Assembly: GCF_030684315.1 (NCBI RefSeq)
Contig: NC_081371.1
Coordinates: forward strand, 51,156,390 to 51,220,389
Length of the DNA stretch: 64,000 nt
Direction of reading: 5' to 3'
Source of the DNA: Stegostoma tigrinum
Lineage: Eukaryota
The notes under the pieces are model-generated. The model did no database searches and was not told where the DNA came from. It saw nothing but the letters and a program-made list of their open reading frames with translations. Each line of letters opens with the position of its first letter. Within the stretch, counting starts at the first letter, position 1. Position numbers and translations under genes: made by a program. Shown piece by piece: positions 1 through 13,100 of the stretch.

Positions 1-745
1 TATCGCAGGAGGGAAGTACATAGTTAATAGAAGCATTAACATACAGAGGGATCTAGGTGTACAGGTCCACAGTTCCAAAAGTGGCAGTACAAATGGATAA
101 AGTGGTTTAGAAGGCATATAGCATGCTTGCCTTCATCAGTCGTGGCATAGAAAATACACTCAACAAGTCATGTTGCAGCCACATTTGGAATATTATTCAG
201 CCACATTTGCAATATTGCTTACAGTTCTGGTTGCTACACTACCAGAAGGATGCGGAAGCTTTGGAGTGGGCTTAGAAAAGGTTTACCAGATTTTACCTAG
301 TTGGGAGGATAATAGCTGTGAGAAGAGTTTGGACAAACTTGGCTTGTTTTCACTCGAACATCAGAGGCTGAGGGACAACCATATAGAAGTTTTCTAAATT
401 ATGAAAGGCATGGATAAAATAGATAGTCGGAGCACTTTTCCTAGAGTAGAAATGTCAATTGCTAGGGGGCATAGATTTAAGGTAAAGCAGAAAAAGTTTA
501 ACGGAGACGTGAGAAGCAAGTGTGTTTTGTTTTACACATAGTAAATGCCCAAAACAAGCCACCAGAGGAGTTGGTGAAAACAGATATAATAGCAATATTT
601 AAGAGGCATCTTGTCAGATATATGAATAGGCAGGGAAGAGGAATACAGACTGTGTACGGGCAAGGATTTTTTCGTTTAGAAATGTATGATGTGTTGGCGC
701 AGGCTTGGTGGGCTGTATGGCCTATTCTTGTGCTGTACTGTTCTT
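1..745 (+). mobile_element. Degenerate CR1-clade LINE, 3' part of ORF2 plus 3' end
   Basis: Translated remnants PHLEY and [17 protein letters not shown] (typical CR1 ORF2 C-terminus); 3' tail ggcttggtgggctgtatggcctattcttgtgctgtactgttct. Confidence 0.8.
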
Positions 746-2029
746 TTTCAGTGTCACCAGTTGTTCTCAAAAATTTATATACAGATGCTACACAAGAATC
801 TTCATTTAGCATGCATTTTTGATTGCTCAAACATTTAAAAACCCAGTATAAGAGGCAACTGTAAACTTGTAGCAGATAATCTACCAATTTCTGGAAGTCA
901 AAATGCATTATACATTTTAAACTACGAAATTGTATACCTTTCTGAGCAGCATTGAGCTACATTAGGCTGTAGCAGTTGAAAGCAGCAGCTGATCAGGACC
1001 TTCTCTACAACAACTAGGAACTGGTAGCACATCTAAGGCTTTGCCAGTGTTGCTCGTATTCCGTGTAAAAATTTGTAACTATTATATTACGTTCCAGTGT
1101 ACATATAGGAGCAGATTTCAGAATCTTTCAGATTGGATGTAGAGCAAAAGTATACTATATTCTTATTATTTTTCAATCAGAATGCTGTGAAGCACTGAAA
1201 TTCACTATCCAAAATGGCTGTGGATGCTCAGTTGTCAAGTAGTTTAAGACTGAAATGGAGAGATTTTAGATTTCTTTCAGAATAAAGATTTAGCAGAAAC
1301 GTAGAGTGGATGTCAGTCTCAGCAAGGAATTAAACTTTTGAATGGCAGTATACTCCCAAGCTCCTACTTATGACTGCCAGGAATATAGCACATTGTAAGC
1401 TGAAATCAGCTTAAAATCAGCTGCTTTCTCAATCTTTTTTTTAAACACTTGGTCATATTTTCCCTCTGGGGAACTGATACATCAGCAGTGTAGCTGTGAT
1501 TACAGCTGGAGGTTTCTTTACATGGGCAGTTGCACAACTCCTTGAAGGAGATGCTAAACTATATCGGAAAAACAAGGAAGGAAATAAATTTATTTTTCAA
1601 TTTTTTAATTTGTTTTAAAAATTCACTTGGGAGTTTTGCATGTTGGAATATTCTGTATGCAGGAGATGGTATTAATTGAGTCTAACAAATTAACTACGAT
1701 TTGCATAGCATCTTCCTAATATTCAGGGTATATTTCACAGATGTCAGCTGCCTGTAAGCTCCTGAATATTTTGTGCGTTTTGTTTTCAGATCTGTATTAA
1801 CTTGCCTGTACTTTGCACAAAGCCTACCTGACTTGCCAATTATTGGCAACATCAGCAATGGTTTTGCTTTATTTAATGCACCATCTGTTCATATATTATA
1901 ATGAACTGAGGCACTCAGGTCACTGGACTGCTGATGGAGCAGGTGATACTTTGACCATGGAGCATGTATTGTAGATTTACCAGAACAGTATTTGGGCTAC
2001 AAGGGTAAAATTACAAGGACAGCACACAT

Positions 2030-2352
2030 GTGGGTGGCACAGTGGTTAGCACCTTGCCTCACAGTGCCGAGTTCAATTCCAGCCTTGGGTGACTGTCTGT
2101 GCAGAATTTACATGTTCCACCCATGTCTGTGTGAGTTTCAGCTAGGTGCTTCAGTTTCCCCCCACAGGTTACGTGGATTGGCCATGCTAAATTGCCTGTA
2201 GCCTCCATGGATGTGCAGGCTGAGTGGATTAGCCATGGGAAATGCAAAGTTGCATCAATATGGGGAGACGGGTCTGGGTGGGATGCTCTTCACAGGATCA
2301 GTGTAGATTCAATGGGCTGAATGGCCTACTTCCACACTGTAGGGATTCTATG
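2030..2352 (+). mobile_element. tRNA-derived SINE (HE1/V-SINE-like)
   Basis: Head gtggcacagtggttagcac...gttcaattcc (A/B boxes), body ggattggccatgctaaattgcc, CR1-like tail gggctgaatggcctacttccacactgtagggattctatga; several copies in the window. Confidence 0.85.
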
Positions 2353-3234
2353 ACTTTAGGATTTATAAGGTTAAAAATGACGACCAGCGTTTCCAAAACA
2401 TTAAGGGGGACAGATATGGTAGTTAAGATAAACTATTTCTGCCAGTCGAGGAGACTTAGGATTCGGGTTATAAAGACCGAAATCAAGTTAAATAAATTCA
2501 CACAAAAAGTGGAAGTTGTTTGAATCTCTTCCGCAAATTTATTTTACGTCAGATTGTTATCGACAAGTATTAAATGATATGAGGCAATGCGAGCCAAGAT
2601 TACACAAGATGCACAGCACAGAAACAAGTACATGGTTTGCTGTACTTGTGACGGGACGGTGCACATCATTTAAATATCAGCCTCATCCGCCATTCCCTTC
2701 TACCTCGCATAGTCATCAGATTTCCCCTCAAATGCATCGAAACTACTTGCCTCCACTACTCCTTGCGGGAAGGAGTTCTACATCTTCATCACCGGCCGAG
2801 TGAAGAGAATTTCACAGTCATAGGGTCAGTGACCTTTTGTGTCGACACTGATCATCAAGCATCTACTCTAATCTTATTTTATCCACATTTAGCCCCGAGT
2901 CTTGCATGCTATAGCGTTTCAACTGCTCATCCAAATACTTAAGTGTCTTTCGGATTCTCACCTCTACCAAAGTTTAAGGCAGTGAGTTCCAGACACCCAG
3001 CTTCTGGATGATTTCCTCCTCCTTCACCTTCCTTTCCACTCCAAACCACTTGTTCTTTACCTTAACGGTGCCTTCGGTTGTCCCGTATCTAATTTATCCG
3101 TTTATAGGTTTATGCACCTCAAGCCTTTATTCTGAATTTCCAGGTTATTGAACAAGCAATTCGTCGACCAGCAGAGCGGCCCAAAGAAGTCGCACCGAGG
3201 AAGGCACAGCTCCCATCGGATCTACAGCATTACA

Positions 3235-3360
3235 AGATAATAAAATGTGAGGCTGGATGAACACAGCAGGCCAAGTAGCATCTCAGGAGCACAAAAGCTG
3301 ACGTTTCGGGCCTAGACCCTTCCTCTCTGATTCTCCAGCATGTGCAGTTCCCATTATCTC
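3235..3360 (-). mobile_element. Short Penelope-like hammerhead-motif element (family A), rearranged copy
   Basis: Matches the repeat also seen at 8123, 30110, 33433, 44367 and 60006 (gctggatgaacacagcaggccaag...gacgtttcgggcctagaccc). Confidence 0.75.
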
Positions 3361-3405
3361 GGATCTCCAGATTTACAGTTTAGGTGGAAGTGGGGAAGCA
3401 CTTAC

Positions 3406-3640
3406 CAGTTCCCTGTCGTCCCAACTTTACAACCTTCAACTTGTTGTTGGGGGATGGAAGATGATGCTTCACTCACAATCGTCCCTCCTGCCGTAACGAA
3501 GCAACAACGTTCGTTCCGCCCTTCAATATGCACACACAGACCTTCACTCCACGGATCGTTCAGCGACTGCATCCTCCATCCGTTAACCACAACGAACTTT
3601 AAAACAACCACCGAGATAACATGCGCTGCCGGAAAGGCCC
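3406..3640 (-). other. Candidate first exon of a divergent gene (possibly UQCC6/C12orf73 by synteny)
   Basis: Consensus donor CTG|GTAAGT on - strand at 3406/3405 in CpG-containing unique sequence just upstream of TDG; in human C12orf73 is head-to-head with TDG. Its coding exons were not found; the 5' end is a guess. Confidence 0.35.
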
Positions 3641-4052
3641 ATTTCCCTCTACATCCACTGACAATATTTGCCTTACCTCCCTTCGACTCTGAGCCGCCGG
3701 CAACAGAAACCGCTAGGAATGGAACCTCCAGCTCAGAATCTATTAATGGTGACAAGGGGGGGCAGAATAAGAGATATGAGATGTGAATGATCTTTAATTT
3801 AATGTAGAGAATGACTAAAAAATAACTAGTTATAGAATATTTTATTTATATTAAATGAGGAACTTTGAGTGCACGTCTTTGACCTTAATGACGCATACAA
3901 TTTCTGTAGGTTCAGTCTCCCACCCCTCCTTCTTGCGCGGAAGCACGTTATTTGGTGGGGTCTGGGCCTCGTGCGCCCCCTGTAGGAGCGGGCGGGCGGC
4001 CCCTTTTGTTTGGCGGGGTTGACGAGCTCCCACTTTTCCCTCAGAAACGGCG

Positions 4053-4111
4053 ATGGAGGCGCAGAGACTGCTCGAAGGCCCGAGGCTGTCGTCCGAGTAC
4101 TTTCAGAATTG
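4053..4111 (+). CDS. TDG: TDG coding exon 1 ([20 protein letters not shown])
   Basis: ATG in strong context (gcgATGG), donor TG|gtgagc, phase 2 fits exon 2. Confidence 0.8.
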
Positions 4112-7100
4112 GTGAGCGAGCGAGCGGCGGCCGGGGGATGAGGGGGAAAGCAGCCAGCCGCTGCGGGGCTCAGGCCTCGGTCTTTACCTCCTCGAACACT
4201 TCCGCATTTCTGTCGATCCTGGCGCACGGTCTCAATTCTCTTCCCCTCTTTGTGTTCACCCCTAGGTACGGGAGCTCCGACCCGCTGCCGCCGCGTCTCC
4301 AGCAGGCCCAGTCAGCCACAGGGCCCGATCCCGACAGTCTGGAGGAGGCCGCAGCCCCGCCGACAGAGGCCGGACAAGGTAAGCGTGTCCAGGACTGAAT
4401 GGAAGTATTTTCTCTTCCGAAATTCGCCGCAGAACATCAACAATAAAACTAAAACTCCGCCTGGAAAACAGATGTTAAACATAAAATTGCACCTCTTTCT
4501 GCGGCCTGTTGACTGTCTGAATAAGGCCAGGAAACTAGATTTCTTCTGTTTAGACGAGCAATGACCCGTTTTACACCTTTGGTAAAAAGAAATCTCAAGG
4601 CGCTTTACAGGAATATAAGATAAATTTACACCTAGCCACGTAGAGTGTTGTTATATCAGGTGACCGAGAGCTTGGGCAATGGAGTTGGTTTTAAGGACTG
4701 CCTTCAGAGAGGAACGCAAGGAAAAGAGGATTATGAGACCTTGATAGTTAGGGAACAGCCGCCTTTGGTGGCAAAGCTAAAATCAGGCATGTTGAAGAGA
4801 TCACAATTGGAGGAGTGCAAGTATGTCAGAGGGCTGGAGTTTCCATAGAAGGGTGAGGGGCTCAAAAACAGTGGGAATTTTTTAAATGGGATGTTACTCA
4901 AAGGTGAAAGCAAAGTAGGTGAGTGAACACAGGTGAGGGGTGAACAGGACTTGGTAAAAGTCACAGGCACAGCTTTCAATTGCTTCGAGCTTATTTGGAA
5001 TGGAAAGTCTGAGGCTCAGTACATCAGGAGCTTATTAAAACAGTTGATTCTAGAGCCTACAAGCATCAATAACAACAACAGAAGGACTATGGTAGCAGGG
5101 TAGGTTTGGAGATATACATTCATATCATGCTTTGATATAACACCAAGGTTACGAAGAGTCTGGTTCTACCTCGTAGTTGCCAGGGAGAGGGGCAACATTA
5201 AAGGCTAGGGGGTGAAATTTGGGTTGATGTTTGATAATGGTTTTTGCCTTACCACTGTTTAATTGAATGAAATTTGTGCTGATTGAACTCTGTCAGACAA
5301 GCAGTTTGAAAATGAGAGAAGATGGTGGGATCAAGTGAGGTATAGCTTTGTCTCATCAGCGTGTATGTGGACAGCAAAACTATATTTCTGGATGATGTTG
5401 CTGCAATGCATATGTAAGTGAGAAACAAAACATGGTCAATTATAGACTCTTGGGGACACCCAAGGTACAGTGGCACAACTAACAGCTATTGTAGATGATC
5501 TGTTGACAATGATAGATGAGTAAGAGTGGAGCTGGGTGAGAGTGGCCCCGTCTGTTTTGGAAGAAGGTTTGGTTAATCCAAGTGCTTGCAAGCATCTCAA
5601 GAGGTTGACAAGAGATCATCTATCATTGTCAAAATTACTTAGGATATTTGAATAAGGCAGGCAGCAGCGTATTCACAGACTTGAGAGAGTAAAGGGATGT
5701 TGGAGATGGGTAGTTTTAGAGCTGAAGAAGTCAAACTTATGGGGTCTCAAACTTGATTGAGTTTTTTTGCGGAAGTAACATAGATGATTGATGAGTACAG
5801 GGCAGTGGATATTGTCTGCATGGACTTTAGCAAGGCCATTGACAAAGTCCCTCATGGCAGCCTGATACTGAAGTTGAAGTCACATGGGATCCATGATGAG
5901 CGGTAAGATGGATACAGAATTGGCGACATCGTAGAAAACATAACATAGCTGGTGGAGGGGTGTTTTTCTGACTGGAGATCTGTGACCAGTGGTATTCCAC
6001 AGGAATCAGTGCTGAGACTGCTGTAGTTTATATATTTAAATATAGTAATATATTTAAATGATTTGTAGGAGAAAGTAGATGGTCTGTTTAGTAAGTTTGC
6101 AGATGACACAAAGATGGGGCAGCTGCGGATAGTGGGGAGGATTGCCAGAGGATACAACAGGGTATACATAGGCTAGAGGCTTGTGCCGAGAAATGACAGG
6201 TAAAATTTAATTAGGACAAATGCGAGATCGTACATTTTGGAAGGCGGAGCTGATTCTCAGAAAGATCAGCCATGATTTTCGTGAATGGCGGGGCAGGCTC
6301 GAGGGGCCAGATGGCCTACTCCTGTTCGTAATTCTTATGTTCTTATATGATTTCATGATGTTGCCTCCAAACAAAATCTACAACATCATTATATTTTTAA
6401 TCATTTTACCATTTTGTTGCATCATGGATAATTCTTTTTAATTGCATGATATTTAAGTATTGCTGAAAAAAGACACATCTTGTTGAAATTTATGACATAC
6501 TTTCTTGCAAAAAATACTAAAATAAAGGAAACACAATATTTTTACTAAGAAGACAGTGCTTATTGTTTGGTTTCTGGACACTGATTGGTATTACCATGGA
6601 CAGTTCACTATGAATTGAAACAAAAACAGAAGTTGCCAGACCTGCTGAGCTTTTCCAGCAGCAGCAACATCACAGATTCCCTGTGGTGTGGAAACAGGCC
6701 ATTCGGCCCAACAAGTCCATACTACCCCTCCGAAGAGCATCCCAACCAGACCCATTCCCCTACCCCTGATTTTCCCCATGCCTAACCCACCTAACCTAAA
6801 CATCCCTGGGCACTATGGGCAAATTAGCATGGCCAATCCACCTACCCTGCACATCTTTGGACTGTGGGAGAAAACCGGAGCACCCGAAGGAAACTCACGC
6901 AGACATGGGAAGAACGTGCAAAGTCCACACAAACAGTCACCCAAGGCTGGAATTGAACCCGTGTCCCTGGCACTGCGAGGTCGCAGTGCTAACCACTGAG
7001 CCATTGTGCTTTCCCAAACCCCCACAGACAGTTGACCAAGGCTGGGATTGTACCCGGGTCCCTGGGTGTTGTGAGGCAGCAGTGCTAACCAATGAGCCAC

Positions 7101-10100
7101 CATTGCCACCCAAACTATCAGCTGCACTCGAGGCAGAACTGAGGGAGGATCACCAGACTCGAAACATTAACTTTAATTTCTCTTCACAGATGGTATCAGA
7201 CCTGCTGAGCTTTTCCAGCAACTTCTGTTTTTGTTTCTAATTTACAGCATCTGCAGTTCTTCAGGTTTTCACTAGATATTAATACTTGACAATTAACTGT
7301 CAAGGTTTGTTTAAATTTTTAAACTAGACAGGTTGACTCTGTTTGGTCGAGACATATCATTGGGTTCCATGAGCGATGTGTCTTCAATGGAATGACACCT
7401 AATTTCCTATGCCTTGCAAATTTCTGATTCATAGATGATTCATATATGCATCTGCAGCTGCGTATAAGCATTTCCTCACATGTCATATTGGGCTGCATCT
7501 TGTGCTCAAAGTCATCTTTGAAATGGAACAGTCATTTCAGCTGTTTTTCTGCAATGTCCTAGTTAAGAAATCAGTCTTTTCTGTACTGCTGTCTACCACA
7601 TACATACCTTCACTTGTCAATGTGTGTTGGATTTGAGCCACTTGTTCAATCCGCAAGCTTGATGCTGAAACAGGCACATTGGCACTCTGTGTAATTTAAT
7701 TGCTAACCTGATCAAATCATTTCTCACTGTGTATTCTACATAGTCATAAGTGTGCTTAACACCATCACTTTTGGTATTGGAAAGTATCCATTCTTCCTCT
7801 GATTACCTGGAAGGTAACCACAAGTAATTTTTGCCTCAAGCTGGATGCTGCAGTCAAGCCAAAAGAATGTTTTGCTTATCACACAAATGAATATTGTGGT
7901 AAAACAAAATTCGGTGCCATCTTAATGCTAGGCCTTCCTGCAATATTACAGGTTATGTTAAACTGTGTATCCTTTTACCTGTTTTACAACTTCAAGGTAC
8001 TCACTAACCCAACCAGCTAAACTCAGTGTCCAAGATTAGACTTGATTCTACAAATAGACAACATTTACTACATTTTCTTGTATGTGTGAAGCATTTTGCT
8101 GAAAACCAACTGTTGTAGTAATAGAGATAATGGGAACTGCAGATGCTGGAGATTCCAAGATAATAAAATGTGAGGCTGGATGAACACAGCAGGCCAAGCA
8201 GCATCTCAGGAGCACAAAAGCTGACGTTTCGGGCTTAGACCCTTCATCAGAGAGCAATGTTGCTGTTGCATTTGGGTAATGCTGCTGTGAATCTGACTGT
8301 TGAATTTTTTTAAACTCTTTTGCCCTCTCTTGATGCTATCCATTGAGTATTTTAGCAAACTAAGGAACTATAAGTATTAATTCTGCATTATTCACTGGAA
8401 TATGTCATATCTTAACTGGCAGAAATCAGAAATAATTCACCTTTTACATTCCTGGTGCTATGTGCACAGTTAATCAGCTAATCCTGTATGCTTGCTAATA
8501 TATCATCCACAACATCATGAGCTCTTATCTTATGCAGTAATCTTTAATGTGGTACTTTATTGGATGCCTTATGGAAATTAAATACATCACATCTACTAGT
8601 TCCCCTTTATCCACCCTGCTTACTACATCCACTGAGAACTCTAATAAATCAGTCAACTGTTCCTCTCTTAAAGCCACGTTAACTTCTTGGTTTTTTTTGA
8701 TTTTGTAAATGTCCTGATGACCCTCCTCAACATTGTATTATAGCGTTTTCTGAAAGACTGATAGATCAACTGGTCTCTTATTCCTGCTTAAATATAGGCA
8801 AAACACTGTAGATGCTGTAAAGCCGAAACAAGCACAGGGAATGCTGGAGAAACTAACCAGGTCTGGTAGCATGTTTGTAGAGAGAAACTGAGTTACCATT
8901 TTGAGTCTTCTTTTTGACTCTTCTGAAACGTTAATTCAGTTTCTGTCTCTACAAATGCCGCCAGACCTGCTGACAATTTCCCTAGCATTCTCTGTTTATA
9001 CCATTCCTGTTTTCTGTCTGTCTTCTTTCTTGCATAAGTGTGCCACTTTTCAAATCCACTTTGATCCTTCCAGAGTCTAGGAAATTTTAAGCTACATGCA
9101 AAAATCACAATCATTCAGGACTTGGTGCTACTATGCTCTTTCAGCAGCTCAAAAACGTAAAAGAGGAAGACCTCCAGGACAACAAAAAAATAAGACTGAG
9201 AAAAATAAGTCTGAGGGTGCAAGCACCAAACGAAGCAAAACCAATGGGAACTCGGGAGGCAAGCAAGAAAAAATCACTGATGCTTTTAAAGTCACAAAAA
9301 GAAAAATCGATCGTTTCAATGGAACAACCGAAGCTGAGCTTTTAACAAAAACCTTACCAGATATATTGACCTATGGTTTAGACATTGTGATTGTAAGTTA
9401 TGTTTCTCATTATTTTAATGAATTTGACTTAGTCTTAAGAAAAAATTACAGATTTTTAGTTCAAAAGCAACACATTCTGAAACAAAACGGTGTCAGATTT
9501 TGAAATGAATGATACAGATTCTTGTGTGTTTCAACAAAGTAGCCAAACATAAGGGTGGCTTTTGTTAGCTTCCTTTAATGGGGATGATAAAGATTAACTC
9601 TAAGGAAGTGGAATTATGCAATTATTCATTCCACTAATAATCCATTTTTATAGGTCTGCAGTTTAAGTGTGATCATATTGAAAAGCAGCCTTGGAACTGT
9701 GGCTGTCACCATAAATCAATAATTTCAATCATTTTGGTCTAGAAATTGTTAAATGTTCATATGTTTCAATTAACAGAATTTCATTGTCTATAATTGTTTA
9801 CTTAGGTAAAGTCTCGCTTTTCAAATTTTATGGTTTAGTTTTTTTAAATGATTGCTGTATGATACAAAGATACAATGTAAAAAAGAATCCCAAAGCATTC
9901 ACAAATCTTTGCAAAATTCTTAAGCATTCACAACTACTCAAAGGAATGGTGAGTTTGATTAGACACCAAAGACAAGATCTTTGTATGGAGGCAGAGTACA
10001 GGACTAAGTGCTAAATGAGTATATTTTTTGTGACAATACCCTAAGTTGTTCTTCTGTTGGCAGCAAGTGTTTATTCCTATTTGTTTATAATTTATGAAAT

Positions 10101-13100
10101 AGCAAGACTGGCCAGACCCAATTTTCCAAAAGTTATAAATTTAGCTTAAAGGTATTTCCTTTAGGAAACAAGGTAAAACCCTGTTTTATTACACACCTCT
10201 GGAAGAGGTGGGAATTGAATCTGGACCGCCTGGCCCAGAGGTACATGCAATGCCACTACATCACAATAGCCCTAAAGATTTAGCTGAATATATAATGGTA
10301 ATGAGGGAATGGGGTTCATCTGTTGCTGGTTTGTGATTTAAAGTTCCCAGATGGAGAGGGAAACCTTTTATTGCTCAAGTTGTTAATCATAGAGGTTTAA
10401 GATTAGTTTTCTTTAGATATACTGGCAACAGAGACCATTTCCTAGACTGTTATTCAGACCAGTGCCTTGACATCTTTCCCTGTTTTCACGCTGAGATTAC
10501 TGAAATATGCTGATGGTTTAATTCTGCCTAGTAAATTTTGTGACTTTGCAAGAAGATTTGGGGCAGCATGGTGGCTCAGTGGTTGGCACTGCTGCCTCAA
10601 AGCACCAGGGACCCAGGTTCAATACCATCCTTGGGCGTCTAACTGTGTGGAGTTTGTGTCTGCGTGGGTTTCCTCCAGGTGCTCTGGTTTCCTCCCACAG
10701 ACCAAAGATGTGCAATTTAGGTGGATTGACCATGCTAAATTTCCCATAGTGTCCAGGGATGTGCAGACCTGGTAGAATGGCCATAGGCAATGTAGGTTAC
10801 AAGGATAGAGTGGGGAGATGAGTCTGGGTGGGATGCTTTTTGGAGTGTTGATGTAAACTTGATGGGCCAAATGGCCTGCTTCCACACTGTATGGACTCTG
10901 TGAAATGTGGCAGCGTAATGGAGGTGGCAGGAAAGTATTGTGCTTGGCTGGCTTAATGAAACCCAATTAGATACGGAATGGCAGCTGTAGTTTCTTATAA
11001 GGTAAATCCCTTATCTATATGGACCAGAGAAAGACCGGTGCCTTCCTGTTCATTGTCATTGTAACACGAGACCACTTAACCCATCAAGCCCATGCCAGTA
11101 CTCTAGAACAAATCAGTCAGCCCTATTCCCTCACTCTATCACCTGTGTTGCAACGTTATTCCTCTTCACTGCCTCTTCAGTTTCTTTTCAAAATCATTGT
11201 TTTACTTTCACTACCCTCAACAGTAGCAGTGGTAGAGATGAGAACATGATTGGAGTTGTTGTGGTTTTGTTGAAGCCTCTCTGGCAATGCCGACATTTGT
11301 TGCCCATCCCTTCTTGTCCGTCTGAAAGTTTTTTTTGTGAGCTGTCTTCCTGAACCACTGCAGTCCAGTGGGGGGAGTGCTTGGATTTTTAATCAACAAC
11401 AGTAAAGGAACGATGCTATAGTTTCACGTCCAGATGTGTGAGACTTGGAGGGAACTTGCGAGTGATATTGTTCCTGTGTATCTGCTTCCCTTGTTCTTCT
11501 AGACGATAGATGTTGCAGTTTTGAAAGATGCTTTTGTCTGGTCACGTCGTTGCATTGTTTACAATGATGGTACACTGCAACCACCTGAGGTTGGGGTGCC
11601 AATCAAGTGAGGTGACTTGTCCTCGGTGGCATTAGTTTCCAACCATTGGAGAGAATTCCTTCACACTCCCAATTTGTGTCGAATAGGTGTTGGGCAGCCT
11701 TTGCAGCGGCGGAGGTTGTGTCACTCACCACACAATTCCCAGCCTCCAAGACTGGTGTCGCAGATTTGGAGGACTAACTAACACAAACCATTTTTTGTGC
11801 ATCTCCAAGTATTTTTAACCACAATCATAGCTCAGCTGCAGAGGAGGGGGGAGGAGGAGTGGAAGAACAATAAAGGATTTAATAATTTTTGGAACAAGAG
11901 GACCTTTCTGCAGTTGAAGATGGGACTCCAATAACTTACTTAACCAATCCTGTCAACAGGGAGGCAATGTTGTCTAGTGACTGCAGTGTATTCTTACAGG
12001 CAGGGTGAATAGCCAGAGCTCTTGATCCACATTGGTGGCAATAACCCTATGTAGGAACAGGATGAGGTTCTGAAAACGTGTTTTAGAGAGCTACAAAAGA
12101 GATGGAAATTCAGGATTTCAATGATGTTAATCCTCAGATTACAGCCTATGCCACGTTCTAATGAGGACAGAAATAGGAGGATACACATAATGAATATATA
12201 TCTAGGATATTTGATATCTAGGGAGGAAAGGAAAAGGAGGTGGGACTGCAGTGGTTCAGGAAGATAACTCTCAAAAAACTTTCAGAACGACAAGAGGGAA
12301 AGAAACAAATGCTAGCATTGCCAGAGGTGCAAACATCCGAAGAATCAATTAAACAAAACCACATTAACTCCAATCACATTCTCCTCCTTTCTACCACTGC
12401 TACTGTAGAAGGTAGTATAAGCAGAAAGCAGTGTTGATAAAAGATGAGACCCGTACATTAGTACAAGAGGATCAGTTTGATAGAACTAAGCAATACCTAG
12501 GGCAACAAGTACATTATTGAGAGCTGATTATAGGCCCCTAAACAGTGCTGATAACATACATCATGGTATAAGTCAAGAATTTAGAATTATATGTAACAAG
12601 GCTATTGCAGTAATGCTATGGAAGATTAATTCTTGGAATGTATACAAGGTTTTTCCCCTACATTAGAACATTGAACAACCAACTGGAAATTGGGTTATTT
12701 TACATCTACTTTTGTACAGTGAGAAAAGGCTAAGGATCTCATTGCAAAGGAGCCTTTAGAAAAGAGTGAACCAAAACAAAGTTGCTGGAAAAGTTCAGCA
12801 AATCTGGCAGCATCTCTGAAAGAAAAAGCAGAGTTAACGTTTCCGGTCTAGTGACCCGAAGATTCTGAGGAAGGGTCACTGGACCTGAAACATTAACTCT
12901 GTTTTTCCCTTCTCAGATGCTGCCAGATCTGCTGAGCTTATCCAGCAACTTTGTTTTTCTTCCTGATTTACAGTGTCAGTTCTTTCAGTTTTTATTTAGG
13001 AAAGAGTGATCATGATATGCTAAAATTTTACATTTATTTTGACAGTGATGTAGCTTAATCCGTAATCAGGGTAAGGAAACTACAGTGGTATGAGGGGAAA

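Larger units (their letters stand above)
3860..4430. promoter_or_regulatory. CpG island / TDG promoter
   Basis: Strong local CpG and GC enrichment over TDG exons 1-2; overlapping GC boxes GGGCGGGCGG 3990-3999, E2F-like TTTGGCGG 4009-4016, CRE-like TGACGCA 3889-3895. Confidence 0.75.

Noticed and set aside
2030-2090. tRNA genes at SINE heads (also 6950, 10560, 35760, 51860, 63525)
   Set aside because: A/B boxes run on into SINE bodies; no acceptor stem or anticodon arm
3826-4564. Overlapping ORFs of 104-148 aa at the TDG promoter
   Set aside because: Expected in GC-rich CpG islands; only 4053-4111 and 4266-4378 have splice and homology support
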